Shown one piece after another: positions 1-11,521 of a stretch of 64,000 bases of DNA (within the stretch, counting starts at the first letter, position 1; each line of letters begins with the position of its first letter). Source of the DNA: an uncultured Gemmatimonadaceae bacterium. GTDB lineage: Bacteria > Gemmatimonadota > Gemmatimonadetes > Gemmatimonadales > Gemmatimonadaceae. The DNA is taken from the NCBI GenBank assembly GCA_963716745.1, contig OY970320.1, positions 2,048,001-2,112,000 of the forward strand, given 5' to 3'. The position numbers and the translations under genes are program-made. Below the pieces are notes generated by a model, which saw only the letters and a program-made list of their open reading frames with translations, did no database searches and was not told the origin of the DNA.

Positions 1-729
1 CGGCGTGACGGTCGTAAATTATGGGGTCGGAGGTTACGGCATCGACCAAGCCATATTACGCTGGCGTGAGAGCGATGTCTCCGCGTCGATCGTGTTGCTG
101 GGAGTGATCGCGTCCGACTTGGAACGTGCGACGACGCCCATTTACAATTTCGAGCGCGGCGGCACTAAGAGCAAACCGATGTTCCAGTTCGACTCGCTAT
201 CGGCCTCGATCGCCAATCAGCCGGCGATTTATGGCACTGAATTGAAGAGAGAATTTCAGCGTGGGGAGGCAAGCAAGTTTCTGCAACTCGATCTGAGTTT
301 CGACCCGAACATGTTTCACCATACGAGCCTCGACTGGTTGTTCCTTTACCGGGTGCCGAGGTCGGCGCTGGCATGGCGTGCTCACCGTTTGCAGCCGATC
401 TACCGTACGCCCGGGCCGCGTTTCGAGTATACGATGCGCATCCTTCAGTTCGCGAAGGACCTTGCGATCCAACGCAAGAGTCGATTCGTCGTTGTACTGC
501 TGGACAACAACAATACGTTCTCGGATCGAGCGGTAGTCAAGGATCCGTGGCAGTTGATGCGCACTTCATTGAGAAAGAGAGGCATCGAGTTCATTGATAC
601 GACTGGCGAAATGTCGCCATGTACGAATTGTCGCACGCGAGCGTAATTAACGCCAATGGTTTGCACTATACTGTTGAAGCTAACAAGAGAGTAGCAGATA
701 TCATTGCGATGACATTGGGTGGTGAGTAA
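1..729 (+). CDS. SGNH/GDSL hydrolase-like protein (5'-partial; indel near 620-650)
   Basis: VVNYGVGGYGIDQ resembles SGNH block II; another frame continues NANGLHYTVEANKRVA (block V His) to TAA at 727-729; lies next to an MBOAT gene. Confidence 0.6.
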
Positions 730-1258
730 GACGAGGCTTGAAGGAGCCTCAGTACATGGTGAGCGCATGTGAGTAGTCCCGTTGCTGAACAACGCTGTGG
801 TCGCCGCTCACAAAGAGAATGGGGTTGTTCAGGCAAGTGAAGGCGCAGGGGCAGGGAGTCGGAGGCAACGAGACCACAGCTATGCTGTCGCCGCTACCTC
901 CAGCAGCATTTCCTGGCAAGCGGCCCCACCTGCTCCCTCAATGCGTGCCTTCCCGGCGATCGCTTTGAACCATGACCTCTCCACGCCCGGGTTGGGAGGG
1001 TTCGTCAATCTTGAGAGGGCGGCATTCAATTCTCCGATTCCTCTCGCGATGAACCTCCAAAACGAGGCCGGCAACACGATGGCTCCCTGGCGCCTCGACT
1101 CACACTCATCACGCGCCGCGCCTCGGTGTGCCGCCGCGTACGGCCTGAGAGGGCGAATCCGAGCACGGACTGGTCGAGGCCGATACCGAGGTGAACGACC
1201 TGATCATGCGAGAAGCCCTGAATCGACCGACTCGCGTGCACGAATTCGCACGTTCCTA

Positions 1259-2720
1259 GTGCTCTTCAACTCGCTGCAGTTCCTTGTCTTCTTCCCGGTC
1301 GTCACGGCGCTCTATTTCCTCGCGCCGCACCGGATTCGCTGGCTGCTGCTGCTCGTCGCCAGCTGCGTGTTCTACGTCGCGTTCATCCCGAAGTACCTCC
1401 TGATCCTGTTCTTCCTCGATCGTCGTCGACTACTCGGCGGGGATCTGGATCGAGGACGCGCGGGCGCGCGCCGCCGGGCGATGCTCGTCATGAGCATCGT
1501 CGCGAACGTCGGCATGCTCGGCGTTCTTCAAGTACTATCAACTTCGTCGACGCGAATCTCACGGCGCTCTTCGGCACGCTGCACTGCGGCTGGGCGATCC
1601 CGCACCTGGACATCATCCTGCCGATCGGGCTGTCGTTCCACACGTTCCAGTCGATGAGCTACACGATCGAGGTGTATCGCGGCCAGCAGCAGGCCGAGCG
1701 GCACTTCGGGATCTACGCGCTGTACGTGATGTTCTACCCGCAGCTCGTGGCCGGGCCGATCGAGCGGCCGCAGAACCTGCTCCACCAGTTCCGCGAGCCG
1801 CACGCGTTCGACGCCGAGCGCGTCGATCGACGGCCTCGAAGCTGATGCTCGTGGGGCTTCTTCAAGAAGGTGGTGATCGCCGACCGGCTCGCGCTGTATC
1901 GTCGAACGCGGTCTACGACACCCGCAGCAGCAGCACGGGCTGGCGCGCTGATCATCGCGACGTACTTCTTCGCGTTCCAGATCTACTGCGACTTCTCCGG
2001 CTACTCCGACATCGCGATCGGCGCCGCGCAGGTCATGGGCTTCGAGCTGATGGACGAATTTCGACCGGCCCTACTTCGCGACGTCGATCGCCGAGTTCTG
2101 GCGCGCTGGCACATCTCGCTGTCGACGTGGTTCCGCGACTATCTGTACATCCCGCTCGGCGGCAATCGCGTGCGCGGCGCGGCGCTGGTGCTTCAATATC
2201 ATGATCGTCGTTCCTGGTGAGCGGCCTGTGGCACGGTGCGAACTGGACGTTCATCGTGCTGGGGCGCGCTCACGGCGTGCTACTTGATCGCGGGCGTCGC
2301 GACATTCGCGTGGCAGCGAAAATTCTTCGAATCGGCGCCCATGGCGCCGGATCGCTGGAGCCGCGCGCTGGATCAGATGCAATCGTCACATTCCATCTGG
2401 TGCTTGTCGGCTGGGTATTCTTCCGTGCCGCCTCCGTGAGCGACGCCGGATATATCTTCGCGCCATCGCGTTCCAGGACTCGACGTCACCTCGATCGAAG
2501 TCCGATCGTCACGACGGGAGCTATTCGCGCTGGAGCGTAGCGTTCATCGCTCTTCATGGAGTGCGTCCACTTGATCGAGCGGCACGGCGACATGCGCCGT
2601 TTCCTGGATGACAAGCCCGATCGTGGTGCGTTGGGGCATTCTACTACGCGCTGATCCTGCTGATCTGCGAACTTCGGCATGTTCCACAATCCTGCGCAGT
2701 TCATCTACTTCCAGTTCTGA
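1259..2720 (+). CDS. MBOAT O-acyltransferase, AlgI/DltB family (several indels)
   Basis: GTG-LFNSLQFLVFFP start; fragments MSYTIEVYRG, FYPQLVAGPIER, FQIYCDFSGYSDIAIG, WHISLSTWFRDYLYIPLGGNR, SGLWHGANWTF; ends FIYFQF-TGA. Confidence 0.9.
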
Positions 2721-2722
2721 TC

Positions 2723-3686
2723 GTGACGCGCGCGGGCCTCCTTTGGCGGTACGGCGCGTCGCCGATTCACCGCGATGCTTGCTGGCTGGGTGCTGGGCGC
2801 TCGCGACGGTATACAATGCGTACGCACGAGAGGATCAGACGATCAAGGTCAATTGGTTGTTCGCGATGCACGGCCGCCGCCTCGATTTCGCGGTGCTCGG
2901 TTCCTCGCGGTCATATCTCACGGTCGACGTGCCCATTGTGGAGCGGGCGATCCAGGGTCACGGGCTCAATCTTTCGATGAATGGTGCCGAGTTCCCGGAG
3001 CTCGCGTTGGTGCTCGACCATTTCCTGCAACGAAACACGACGCGCGAACTACTATTGGAAGTTGACCCGTTCGGACTCGACAGCAAGTCGTTCAGCATAT
3101 CCGTTCCACGCATACTTCTATGTGCCGTATATCGACGAAGCCCCTAGTCGCCGCGCATCTCCGGGCATATTTCGGTCATCGAGAGTTGCTCTGGGAATAC
3201 GCGCCACTGTTCAAGTACGCGGAATTCAATGATCGGATCGGATTGAAGAGCGTGCTCGCGTCGTTCTCCAACGCACCACGTGACTTCGACGCATGGGGCT
3301 CACGTTTGTCCACGGCTACCTGCCCGCGGCAGGCGGGCCACGCGGTTCACGACACCTCTACGCGATCAGCCCGAGCCGCGTTGCTGCCTTCGAGCGACAT
3401 TCTGGAGATCGCGCGCGCCCACAGGGTTCACGTCTCGATCTTCGTCGCTCCCGAGTTTGAGACCGCGGTGCAGGCGACAAGAACGGGGCGAGATCATGAC
3501 GTTACTATCGGGAGGTCGCTGTGCGGACCGGCGCTCGGTTCCTGGATCTCGGCGAACGACGCGTCGCTCTCATTCGGGGATACGCTTTATTTCCGCGACC
3601 CAGAGCACCTGAATCACCATGGTGCGGAGAAATTCTCGAAAGAACTCGGCGATTCGCTCGCGGTGTACTGGACGGAGAAGCGGTAG
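2723..3686 (+). CDS. SGNH-like partner of the MBOAT (DltD/AlgX-like), frameshifted
   Basis: VLGSSRS (block I) and FRDPEHLNHHGA (DxxH) in different frames; starts 2 nt after the MBOAT stop. Confidence 0.6.
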
Positions 3687-3687
3687 T

Positions 3688-4575
3688 TCAGCCGCCTGCA
3701 GCGGATCCGAGTTCGCCGGCGTCTGCCGCTGCACCTGGTTGCACAGCAGAAGGATCGGAGCGCCCTGTTCAATCGACGTCCAGCCACGCCGGGAACGGCC
3801 AATCCTTCGGCTGGAGCAAGAGATGACAACGCCCTCGATGCTCGAATTCGTTCGGCGGCGATCATCTCGCACCGCTCCTTGAGGACCACGCATCGTATGC
3901 CACCTGCTCACACCATCTCAGCACTTCCGCTCGCATTCGTGAGCATTGAGAGTTCGGGGTTCGAGTGCATCTCGACCAGGAATCGCGTCTCACGCCGCGC
4001 CGCGATCCGGCGACTGCCGGCGAGTACCTTCGCCTCTGCTCCTTCGACATCGATCTTGATGAAGTCAGGCTGAAGTCCTAGCGCGACAGCCGACAGCGTC
4101 GAGTGTCGTCGTCGCAACCTGTATTGCATCACCTCGAGCGGCGGCGGTCTTGGCGTGTTGCGGCGAACGCGCTTCCCGCCTCACCCAACCCGGTGGTCCA
4201 GAACGTGACGCTGTCGCCTGCACGGTCGCCAGCGAACCCAGAAACAAAGCGGGCGCGCTCGGTCAATCCGTTCAAGGCCAAATTGCGCTCTGCGACTGAC
4301 AGCGCTTCGGGATTCGCCTCGATGAGCGCAACGATCTCAACCTTCGAGAACGCCAGCGCCAGGACAGCATCGTAGCCAACGTTCGCTCCGACATCAAAGA
4401 TGACCCTCGACCGCATCGCGCAGGCGAGGAACCAGGCGTCGTCGTAGTCGGGCGTGTGCCGGAAGGTGCCGGTTCGGAGGCGCAACGTGCGGCCAAGGAC
4501 CTTCACGGACTCATCGAATGGGCCTGCGCCGAGGCGCGTCATCACGCGGCGCCAGAGTTCACCTGCGGATCCCAT
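3688..4575 (-). CDS. FkbM family methyltransferase (frameshifted; 3' end approximate)
   Basis: IFDVGANVGY SAM motif, IEANP, PDFIKIDVEGAEAKVLAG, LVEMH spread over ORFs 4129..4575 and 3908..4132. Confidence 0.85.
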
Positions 4576-4579
4576 GGTG

Positions 4580-5651
4580 TCAGTTCTCGCGGTGCGGCGC
4601 GCGCACCATCAATGCCGTCCACTTTCGCGCCAAGCGATACGGCCTGAGCACGTGATACAGGCCCCGCAGTCCGGCGGGCAGGGCGGTCACCTCCAGATCA
4701 TCGATGGTCGGCGTGATCGCCGAGCGCATCGCGAACGCCAGCCGATCCCGCGCTCGCTCACGCATCGCGAACTGGAATCTCGTGCTCTCGACGAAACCGG
4801 GCGCATCGCTCCCGCTCATCATCCGTCGGCGGATCTCTGCGACCAACGCAGGCGGGCACGCGTGAGCCAGCGTCTGCGCGGCCTTCGGCAGCGGGGACTC
4901 GGCGATCTCCGCCGCCAGCGCCAGCGCGAGTCCCGTCATTCGCGCCGTCCCCAAACTCGCGCTCGTCCGCTGCACGAACTCCCAGTCCATCGGCTCCAGC
5001 CTCGCCACTGCCGCGATATCCCCGATCCACCGGAGATGCGGCCATTCGTGTTTCCCACCGTGGATCGCAAGATAGACCAACGTCAACTCATTCGAGAGCG
5101 CCATTACCTCGGCCCCGCCCACCGGCACGCGTTGGGCGTTCTCCCACCAGAGCCCCTCGCCGCACGCTCAGCCCGAACTGCCGCTTGATGATCCCCCAAT
5201 GCAACTCCACGCTCGTGCCCGCCGCGTTCACGAGCGAGTGATGGTACTCGATCTCGCGGAACGCCGCATCCTGCCCCGGCGCGAGCTCGTGCACCCGCGA
5301 ATATCCAGCCGCCGACAGCTCCGCGATCGCGCGATCCACATCGCGCTCGTGCACCAGCAGGTCCACATCCATCTGCGGCCGCAGCGCGAGATCCCCGTAC
5401 GCGTGCGCCGCAAGCACCGCGCCCTTGAGCACGATCGCCGGCATGCCCGCGCGCTCCAAGCGCCGGCTGAGCGAGACGGTCTCGCCAGCGAGCATCAACG
5501 ATTGCATGGCCTGGGTCCTCGCGCGCCGCGCGATGTCCTCGCGCACCGGCGCCGGAACTGAAGAACTCGGCGCGGCCGCCACCCAGCGCGCCACCAGTGG
5601 CATCACGCCGTGCCACTCCGCCAGCTCCACCAGCGCGCTCCACTCACCCAC
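4580..5651 (-). CDS. Uncharacterised nucleotidyltransferase (NTP_transf_5-like); indel near 5150; start approximate
   Basis: IVLKGAVLAAHAYGDLALRPQMDVDLLV, VELHW, YLAIHGGKH-W--LRWIGDI. Confidence 0.85.
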
Positions 5652-5733
5652 CGCCGCCGAGCGTGCCGTCAGCTCGGCGATGGCCGCACCCGGGTCGGCC
5701 GCCCTCGCGAGGAACGCGAGGGCGCCGCCCGTG

Positions 5734-7719
5734 CTAGTGCCCGCCGTACTGGTACGCGGTGAAGTCCTTCCACATCTGCTCGATCATCTTCCCTTGCAGC
5801 GTCAGCTTGTACTGCTTGAGCGTCGCCTGGTCGGTGATGGTCACCGTGTACGTCGCCGTCGACCCCACCGCGCGCGGCGCGAAATCGTTCACGCGATACA
5901 CGTAAATGCCCTGGTATGGCATCGCTTTCCCCGCGAGCTTCATCTGCTCGACGTTCAGCATCGCCGGCACCCGCACCTTCTCCACGGGAATGATCTCCAC
6001 GCCGTCGCGGAAGATGCGCATGTTGCCGAAGCTGCCCTCGCTCACGTTCTGCACCTTGTCCGGCTGATAGTACGGGAACTCGGTGCGGTCGGGGAACACG
6101 TTGAACACGATCACGGCCTTGCGGTCGTTCAGGAAATCGTCCCAATCGGTCCAGCCCTGGATCGGGTCGATCTTGGTGAACGTGCCATAGCGCTTGGGAT
6201 CGTCCTGCTTCTTGTCCGACAGCGCGTTCACGGCCTGCTGCTGACGCCACGCCATGAGCTGCGGCGTCATCATGAAGATCTTGAACGGGCCCTGCTCGGC
6301 TTGATACACCTCGATGTTCATGTCCTTGCCGAGCTTCGCCACCGCCGCGATCGGCGCCATCGGGAAGGGCTCCCGCGGCACGATCGGCAGCAGCTCGTCG
6401 CTCACCGGCTTCGCCACGAGCGACGGGATCGAATCGCGCGCCTTGGCCATGAACGGGAGGAGCACGGGCGTCGCGACGCTCGTCTCCACACGCGTACCGC
6501 CCTGGTCGCTCGCGGCCTTGTCGCTGTTCAACCCGAGGACGAATCCGTCCTTGCTCACGAGCGGACCGCCGGTGTTGAATTCGCCGACCGCCACGTCGCT
6601 CGTCACGGTGTTCGCGTCGGCGTTGCTCACGAGCCCCAGCGAGAAGACGCCGAGCTTGTTGAGCGGCGAGCCGAACGCGAGCACGCGGTCGCCGGGGCCG
6701 GGCGGCGCCGAATGCGCGCTGTCCGGGAACTGCAGCACCGCGCACTTCGGGCAGCGCTTGGGATTCACCGCGAGCACGGCGATGTCCTTGTCGCGGTCCT
6801 TCGCGATCACGCGCGCGTACACCTTGGTGACGCTGTCGAACTGGACGCGAATGTCGTCGCTGAACTCCACGAGATGCAGGTTGGTGAGCACGAAGCCGTT
6901 CGAATCGGCGTAGAAGCCGGTGCCGCGGAATTCCGTGCCGTACACCATGAACAAACCCGAACGGTCACGCTCGAAGATCTCCTTCTCGGTAAGCACTCTG
7001 GGCGGCGGCGGCGCGGCGATCCGCACGGTGTCGTGCGTCGCGATCGCGGTGCCGCCCGCGGCCGCGCCGAGCGGATTCACCGCCTCGACGCTCGCGTTCT
7101 TCTGCGTGAGCTCGATCGGCGCCATGTCTCTCGCGATCACGGCATTGAACGCCCACCGATAGCGCATGCCCGCGACCTCGGCCATCGATTCGATGCGGTA
7201 GCCGCCGGGGCGGAGACTGCGCGTGAACTTCCCTTCGAGATCGGTGGAGACGTGCAGCGAGTCGCCGCGCGGAGTGATCAGCAGCAGGTCCAACTGCGGC
7301 AGCGGACGCACCGTGAGATCGGGATTCACGACGGCCGCGCGAATGACCACGGGAACGAAGGTGTCCACCGGCGCGGAAGCGACCGGCACGGGCACGGCAC
7401 CCGGCATGACGCGGTGCGCGGTATCGGCGGCGACCTTCGGATTGTTCGGATTGCAGACCGTCTCGAGTCCGCTGATGAGATCGCTCGTGCCGCCCGCGCG
7501 CTTGAGCACCGTCTCGACGTCCGGCGTCATCACGAAGCTGATGCAGTTCTGCTTCGCCAGCGTCAGCACGCGCGTGCTCGCGACTTTCCGCTTGAGCAGT
7601 CCCACGAGATCATCGAGGGAGTACGCTTTGCCCTGGCCGGCGGCGACGGAAGATCCGGCGAGGAGCAACGCCACCGAGATCATCATGGCGCGGCAGGTCA
7701 TTTTGGGCACAGATCGCAT
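5734..7719 (-). CDS. Secreted S1/trypsin-like (DegP-like) serine protease domain protein
   Basis: Signal peptide; GTGF, LTNLHLV, DIAVL, FGSPL, FNTGGPL. Confidence 0.75.
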   Translation of the reverse strand: MRSVPKMTCRAMMISVALLLAGSSVAAGQGKAYSLDDLVGLLKRKVASTRVLTLAKQNCISFVMTPDVETVLKRAGGTSDLISGLETVCNPNNPKVAADTAHRVMPGAVPVPVASAPVDTFVPVVIRAAVVNPDLTVRPLPQLDLLLITPRGDSLHVSTDLEGKFTRSLRPGGYRIESMAEVAGMRYRWAFNAVIARDMAPIELTQKNASVEAVNPLGAAAGGTAIATHDTVRIAAPPPPRVLTEKEIFERDRSGLFMVYGTEFRGTGFYADSNGFVLTNLHLVEFSDDIRVQFDSVTKVYARVIAKDRDKDIAVLAVNPKRCPKCAVLQFPDSAHSAPPGPGDRVLAFGSPLNKLGVFSLGLVSNADANTVTSDVAVGEFNTGGPLVSKDGFVLGLNSDKAASDQGGTRVETSVATPVLLPFMAKARDSIPSLVAKPVSDELLPIVPREPFPMAPIAAVAKLGKDMNIEVYQAEQGPFKIFMMTPQLMAWRQQQAVNALSDKKQDDPKRYGTFTKIDPIQGWTDWDDFLNDRKAVIVFNVFPDRTEFPYYQPDKVQNVSEGSFGNMRIFRDGVEIIPVEKVRVPAMLNVEQMKLAGKAMPYQGIYVYRVNDFAPRAVGSTATYTVTITDQATLKQYKLTLQGKMIEQMWKDFTAYQYGGH

Positions 7720-7915
7720 GGCGGTTGGGCGGGGACGGGGAATTCGAGGGGTTGACGGTCCCCCAATTGTAATGCACATCACACTTTAGCGCGAACTACG
7801 AGATCGGCCATTGGCCATCGACCATAGCTATCGTAACGACGTAATAGCGGGCGGGGAGTCACATGACTTCGCGCGGTTCCGACAGCCGACAGCCGACGAG
7901 CCGAGACCCGCGTAG

Positions 7916-9610
7916 TTACGGGCACTCCGGCGGCGTGGCGCCGCGCGAGAGGGCATCATCGCGCTCGGCTTTGCACGCGTTCGCGTTCGCGGCGGTCGCG
8001 GCGGCGATCTCCTTCTTCAGCTGCTTCAGCGCGGGCGAGTCGGGGTATTTTCGGGCCAACTCCGAGAGCTTGTCGCTCGCGTTACCGTAGTCGACGAGCG
8101 CCATTTCATACTCGCCGTTGTTCTTTCGCGACGTGCCCGCCGCGATCGCATCCCTGATCGGCTGGATCACTTCGGTGAGATCCGTGGTGGACGGTACCGG
8201 AGCGATGCGCGGGCCCTTGGCCTTCGCGATGCTGTCCGCCTTCAGCTGGCTGTCCGCGCGCGCCAGGCTGTCGCGAAGGGCCGCGGCGATCCTCGCCTCG
8301 GAGTCGGGCTTGGCAGCGCTGTCCGCGACCGGTGCGGTGGCGGCGACGGCCGTCTTGGGCGGCTGCTGCTGCGTGTACCACCAGTAGCCGCCGCCGCCGG
8401 CGCCCGCGAGCACGACGAACAGCCCCACGAACAGTCCGGTGCGGCTCTTCTTGAGCCCGGCGCTCTCGGCCAGCTCGCCGGTGTTGCCGCTGCCGACGGT
8501 CGCGGTGGGACGGCGCGCTCCGCCGGTCGGCTGCGTCGCGGTCTCGCCTCCGAATCGTCTCGCTTCGGTGCGCATCGGATTCAACGCACTGTCCGCCGCG
8601 TGCGACGCCGTGATCGCGATCGTGCCCTGCTGCGAGAGTGCCGACTGCGGCATGGACGCGACGGCCTTAACAAGATCGCGGCCGAACTGGTTCACGTGCT
8701 GGTACCGCTCGCCGGGATGGTTCGACAGCGCGCGGTCCATCACCCACTGCATCTCCTCGGGCCACTGCACGTCGGGCGCGATCTCCATGAGCGTGCGCGG
8801 CTTCTCGGTGAGGCGCATGATGAGCGCCTCGCGGCTGGTGACGGCGGGGAAGGGCAGCTGTCCCGTGAACATGTTGAACGTGACGAGGCCGAGCGAATAG
8901 ATGTCGGTGCGCGAATCGAGCTGGTCGCCGCCGAGTTGCTCGGGCGACATGTACTCGGGCGTGCCGATCGCGAGCCCGGTCTTGGTGACCTTCTGCTCGT
9001 CGTTGCTCATGGCTTTCGCGATTCCGAAGTCCACGACCTTCACGACGTCTTCGCCGGCGCGGCCGCGCGCGACCATGATGTTGTCGGGCTTGAGATCGCG
9101 ATGCACGATGCCCATCTCGTGCGCGGCCTCGAGCGCTTCACTCGTCTGCCGCGTGATCTCCGCCGCGCGCACGGCGGGCAGCGCGCCCTGCCGCTCGATG
9201 ATCTTCGTGAGCGGCTCGCCGTCCACGAATTCCATCGCGAGATAGATGAGGCCGTCGGCCGTCTCGCCGAAATCGTAGATCGCGGCGACGTTCGGATGCT
9301 GGATGGAGCTGGCGTTGCTGGCTTCGCGATTGAAGCGCTGGATGGCGTCCTGGTCGTGCACCATGCCCTGGTGCATGACCTTCACCGCCGATTTGCGCTT
9401 CATCTTCACGTGCTCGGCGAGATACACCTGGCCCATGCCGCCTTCGCCGATGCGCTTGAGGATCAGATATCGGTCGGCCACCACGGAGCCCACGAGATCG
9501 CTCCCCGGCGGCGCGCGCAGCGTCGAACCATCACGCGGACAGAAGCGCTGCTCGGCGTCGTAACTATTGCCGCATTGCGGGCAGGTCTTCTGGGCGGGGG
9601 CGGGGGACAT
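7916..9610 (-). CDS. Hanks-type Ser/Thr protein kinase with N-terminal zinc ribbon and TM helix
   Basis: CPQC..CPRD, IGEGGMGQVY, HRDLKPDN, DFG, GTPEYMSPE; TM GLFVGLFVVLAGAG. Confidence 0.95.
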   Translation of the reverse strand: MSPAPAQKTCPQCGNSYDAEQRFCPRDGSTLRAPPGSDLVGSVVADRYLILKRIGEGGMGQVYLAEHVKMKRKSAVKVMHQGMVHDQDAIQRFNREASNASSIQHPNVAAIYDFGETADGLIYLAMEFVDGEPLTKIIERQGALPAVRAAEITRQTSEALEAAHEMGIVHRDLKPDNIMVARGRAGEDVVKVVDFGIAKAMSNDEQKVTKTGLAIGTPEYMSPEQLGGDQLDSRTDIYSLGLVTFNMFTGQLPFPAVTSREALIMRLTEKPRTLMEIAPDVQWPEEMQWVMDRALSNHPGERYQHVNQFGRDLVKAVASMPQSALSQQGTIAITASHAADSALNPMRTEARRFGGETATQPTGGARRPTATVGSGNTGELAESAGLKKSRTGLFVGLFVVLAGAGGGGYWWYTQQQPPKTAVAATAPVADSAAKPDSEARIAAALRDSLARADSQLKADSIAKAKGPRIAPVPSTTDLTEVIQPIRDAIAAGTSRKNNGEYEMALVDYGNASDKLSELARKYPDSPALKQLKKEIAAATAANANACKAERDDALSRGATPPECP

Positions 9611-9707
9611 GGGCAGATAATTGACGATTCGCGGAGGGTTGCGTCAACAATGTGGTCCAACGGCCAACCACTAACGACAGGCGGTTGGCTGTCGGCTGTC
9701 GCTGACT

Positions 9708-10769
9708 CTAACTCCCTGTGAACACCGGCTGCAGTTTCCCTTTCGCCGCCGCTCTCGCCGCGAAGAATCCGACGAGCATGAAGAGGACCGAAACGGCAAT
9801 GAAGATCGACGGCAGGCCGCTGTATTCGTGCACGAGGAACGCCTGCGTCGGATCGGTGGGATCGTACCAAGCCGTCGTGCTGTCGCCGCGATGATAGCGT
9901 GAGGCGATGTGCTGGGCCCACATGCCGCTGCGGCTCTCGCGCATGACGGTGGTGTTGCTGCTCACGTAGTCGCGCTCGCCCACGTGATATCGATAGGTGA
10001 CGATGGGGCTGTAGGTCACGCCGCCCTTACTGCCGCGATGCGATTCGACGTCCGTGAAGAGCACGACGGCGGGCGCGGACACGTAGTTGCTGAGCTTCCG
10101 GTACTGCTGGTAGTTGAGCCAGCTGCCAAGGGCCGTGAAGCATCCGGCGAAGAGAATGAACGCCGCGATGGGGAAGCGCCGGCCGGAGACGCCCCGCGAC
10201 TGCATCGTTCTCACGGTAGCGGCGATCCCGGGCGGGAGATCGCGCAGCTGGGCGTCGAGCGGGTCGGGCGTTGGTGTCGCGGGCGGCGTCTCGACGATCC
10301 CGAGGAATTGGCGCGCAGCGGCGGCGGCTTGGGCGTGCGACGTACTGCTCGTATACCAGCTCGTGAGAGGGAGCCGGTATCCGTCGCGCAGCACGATCGT
10401 GACGCGGAAGGTGGCTTGCGCCGTGCGTTGCGTGTTGGCGGAGACGCTCTGCTCGGCGACGACATCGGAGACCTTCGAGAGGTCCACCTCATCGCGCGTG
10501 GTGGTGCGAAGCGTGTGCCGCGTGATGACGAGCGTATGGCTGGGCCGGTCGAACGATGCGGTGACACGGGACGGGAGGAGCACGAACGCGAGGCCGATGA
10601 CGCCGAGGATCGGGCCGATGAGCATGGCCATCACGTTGTGCGCGGGATCCCTCACGCCGGCGAAGAGAAAGGCGGCTCCGACCGCGACGAAGATGCCTCC
10701 GATCGCGCGGAGCGAGGCGCCGGAGTCGGCGAGGACGAGTCGGTCGGGAGTGCGGAGTAGGATCTTCAC
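9708..10769 (-). CDS. Membrane protein with C-terminal DUF3592-like domain
   Basis: Four TM segments; YSPIVTYRYHVG..WYDPTDPTQAFL pattern. Confidence 0.6.
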   Translation of the reverse strand: MKILLRTPDRLVLADSGASLRAIGGIFVAVGAAFLFAGVRDPAHNVMAMLIGPILGVIGLAFVLLPSRVTASFDRPSHTLVITRHTLRTTTRDEVDLSKVSDVVAEQSVSANTQRTAQATFRVTIVLRDGYRLPLTSWYTSSTSHAQAAAAARQFLGIVETPPATPTPDPLDAQLRDLPPGIAATVRTMQSRGVSGRRFPIAAFILFAGCFTALGSWLNYQQYRKLSNYVSAPAVVLFTDVESHRGSKGGVTYSPIVTYRYHVGERDYVSSNTTVMRESRSGMWAQHIASRYHRGDSTTAWYDPTDPTQAFLVHEYSGLPSIFIAVSVLFMLVGFFAARAAAKGKLQPVFTGS

Positions 10770-10991
10770 GCTGTCATAGACGATTCGGTCGATGGTGGCG
10801 CGATAGTGGTGCTAAACTGTAAACGCAGACTGTCGGCTGTCGGCTGTCGCCTGCGACGGCGGGCCAGAGGGCGAGTTACGCGGCCGCGGAAAAAATCGTC
10901 TTGGCACATCGAAAGGACCTGCATCACGCGCGACGCCCTCTTCCATCGTGGATCAGGGGGCACAACCTGTCCGACCGGAGGAGCGGCTACC

Positions 10992-11367
10992 ATGAGCAAG
11001 AACAAGAAGGGCTTCACGCTGATCGAGCTTCTGATCGTCGTGGTCATCATCGGCATTCTGGCCGCGATCGCGATTCCGAAGTTCGCCAACACGAAGGAGA
11101 AGGCCTACGTCGCGTCGATGAAGTCCGACCTTCGTAACATGGCGACCGCGCAGGAGAGCGTATTTCGCGGACAACCAGACGTACACCACGGTGCTCGCGA
11201 ACATGAACTTCACGGCGTCGCAGGCGGTGATCGCGACCGTGACGGATGCGAAGGGCACGGGTTGGGCGGCGAACACGTCGCACCCGGCGACCGCGATCAC
11301 GTGTGAAGTCGGTTTCGGCGCGGACTCGATCGCCGGCGTCGGCGATGGCGTGATCAAGTGCCAGTAA
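10992..11367 (+). CDS. Type IV pilin (indel near 11160)
   Basis: MSKNKKG|FTLIELLIVVVIIGILAAIAIPKF prepilin motif; GGAG RBS; C-terminal Cys pair (TCEVG..IKCQ) in the shifted frame. Confidence 0.92.
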
Positions 11368-11388
11368 CTCCGAATACTGCTCTAACTC

Positions 11389-11421
11389 AACGGGCCCGGC
11401 GATCATCGCCGGGCCCGTTTT
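11389..11421 (+). terminator. Intrinsic terminator after pilin
   Basis: AACGGGCCCGGCGAT-C-ATCGCCGGGCCCGTT followed by TT. Confidence 0.75.
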
Positions 11422-11434
11422 GCATCCAGTCGGT

Positions 11435-11521
11435 ACTGCAGACTGAGACGTTAGACCTAGACGTTAGAATGCGACTACTCGCCGCATTCTAAGTCTAAGT
11501 CTATAGTCTCAGTCTGTAGTT
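11435..11521. repeat. Palindromic element built of AGAC(G)TT/AGACT units, ending GTAGTT
   Basis: ACTGCAGACTGAGAC pairs with GTCTCAGTCTGTAGT; inner TTAGAATGCG/CGCATTCTAA; related to 30479-30514. Confidence 0.75.

Noticed and set aside
5425..7755. Long antisense ORFs (also 22750..25236, 34446..36653, 40431..42536, 61965..63977)
   Set aside because: Shadow frames of real high-GC genes, with no motifs
10901..10924. Sigma54 promoter upstream of the pilin (TTGGCAC)
   Set aside because: No GC at the -12 position with the required spacing; the similar site near 16843 also fails, and the one near 25329 faces no gene
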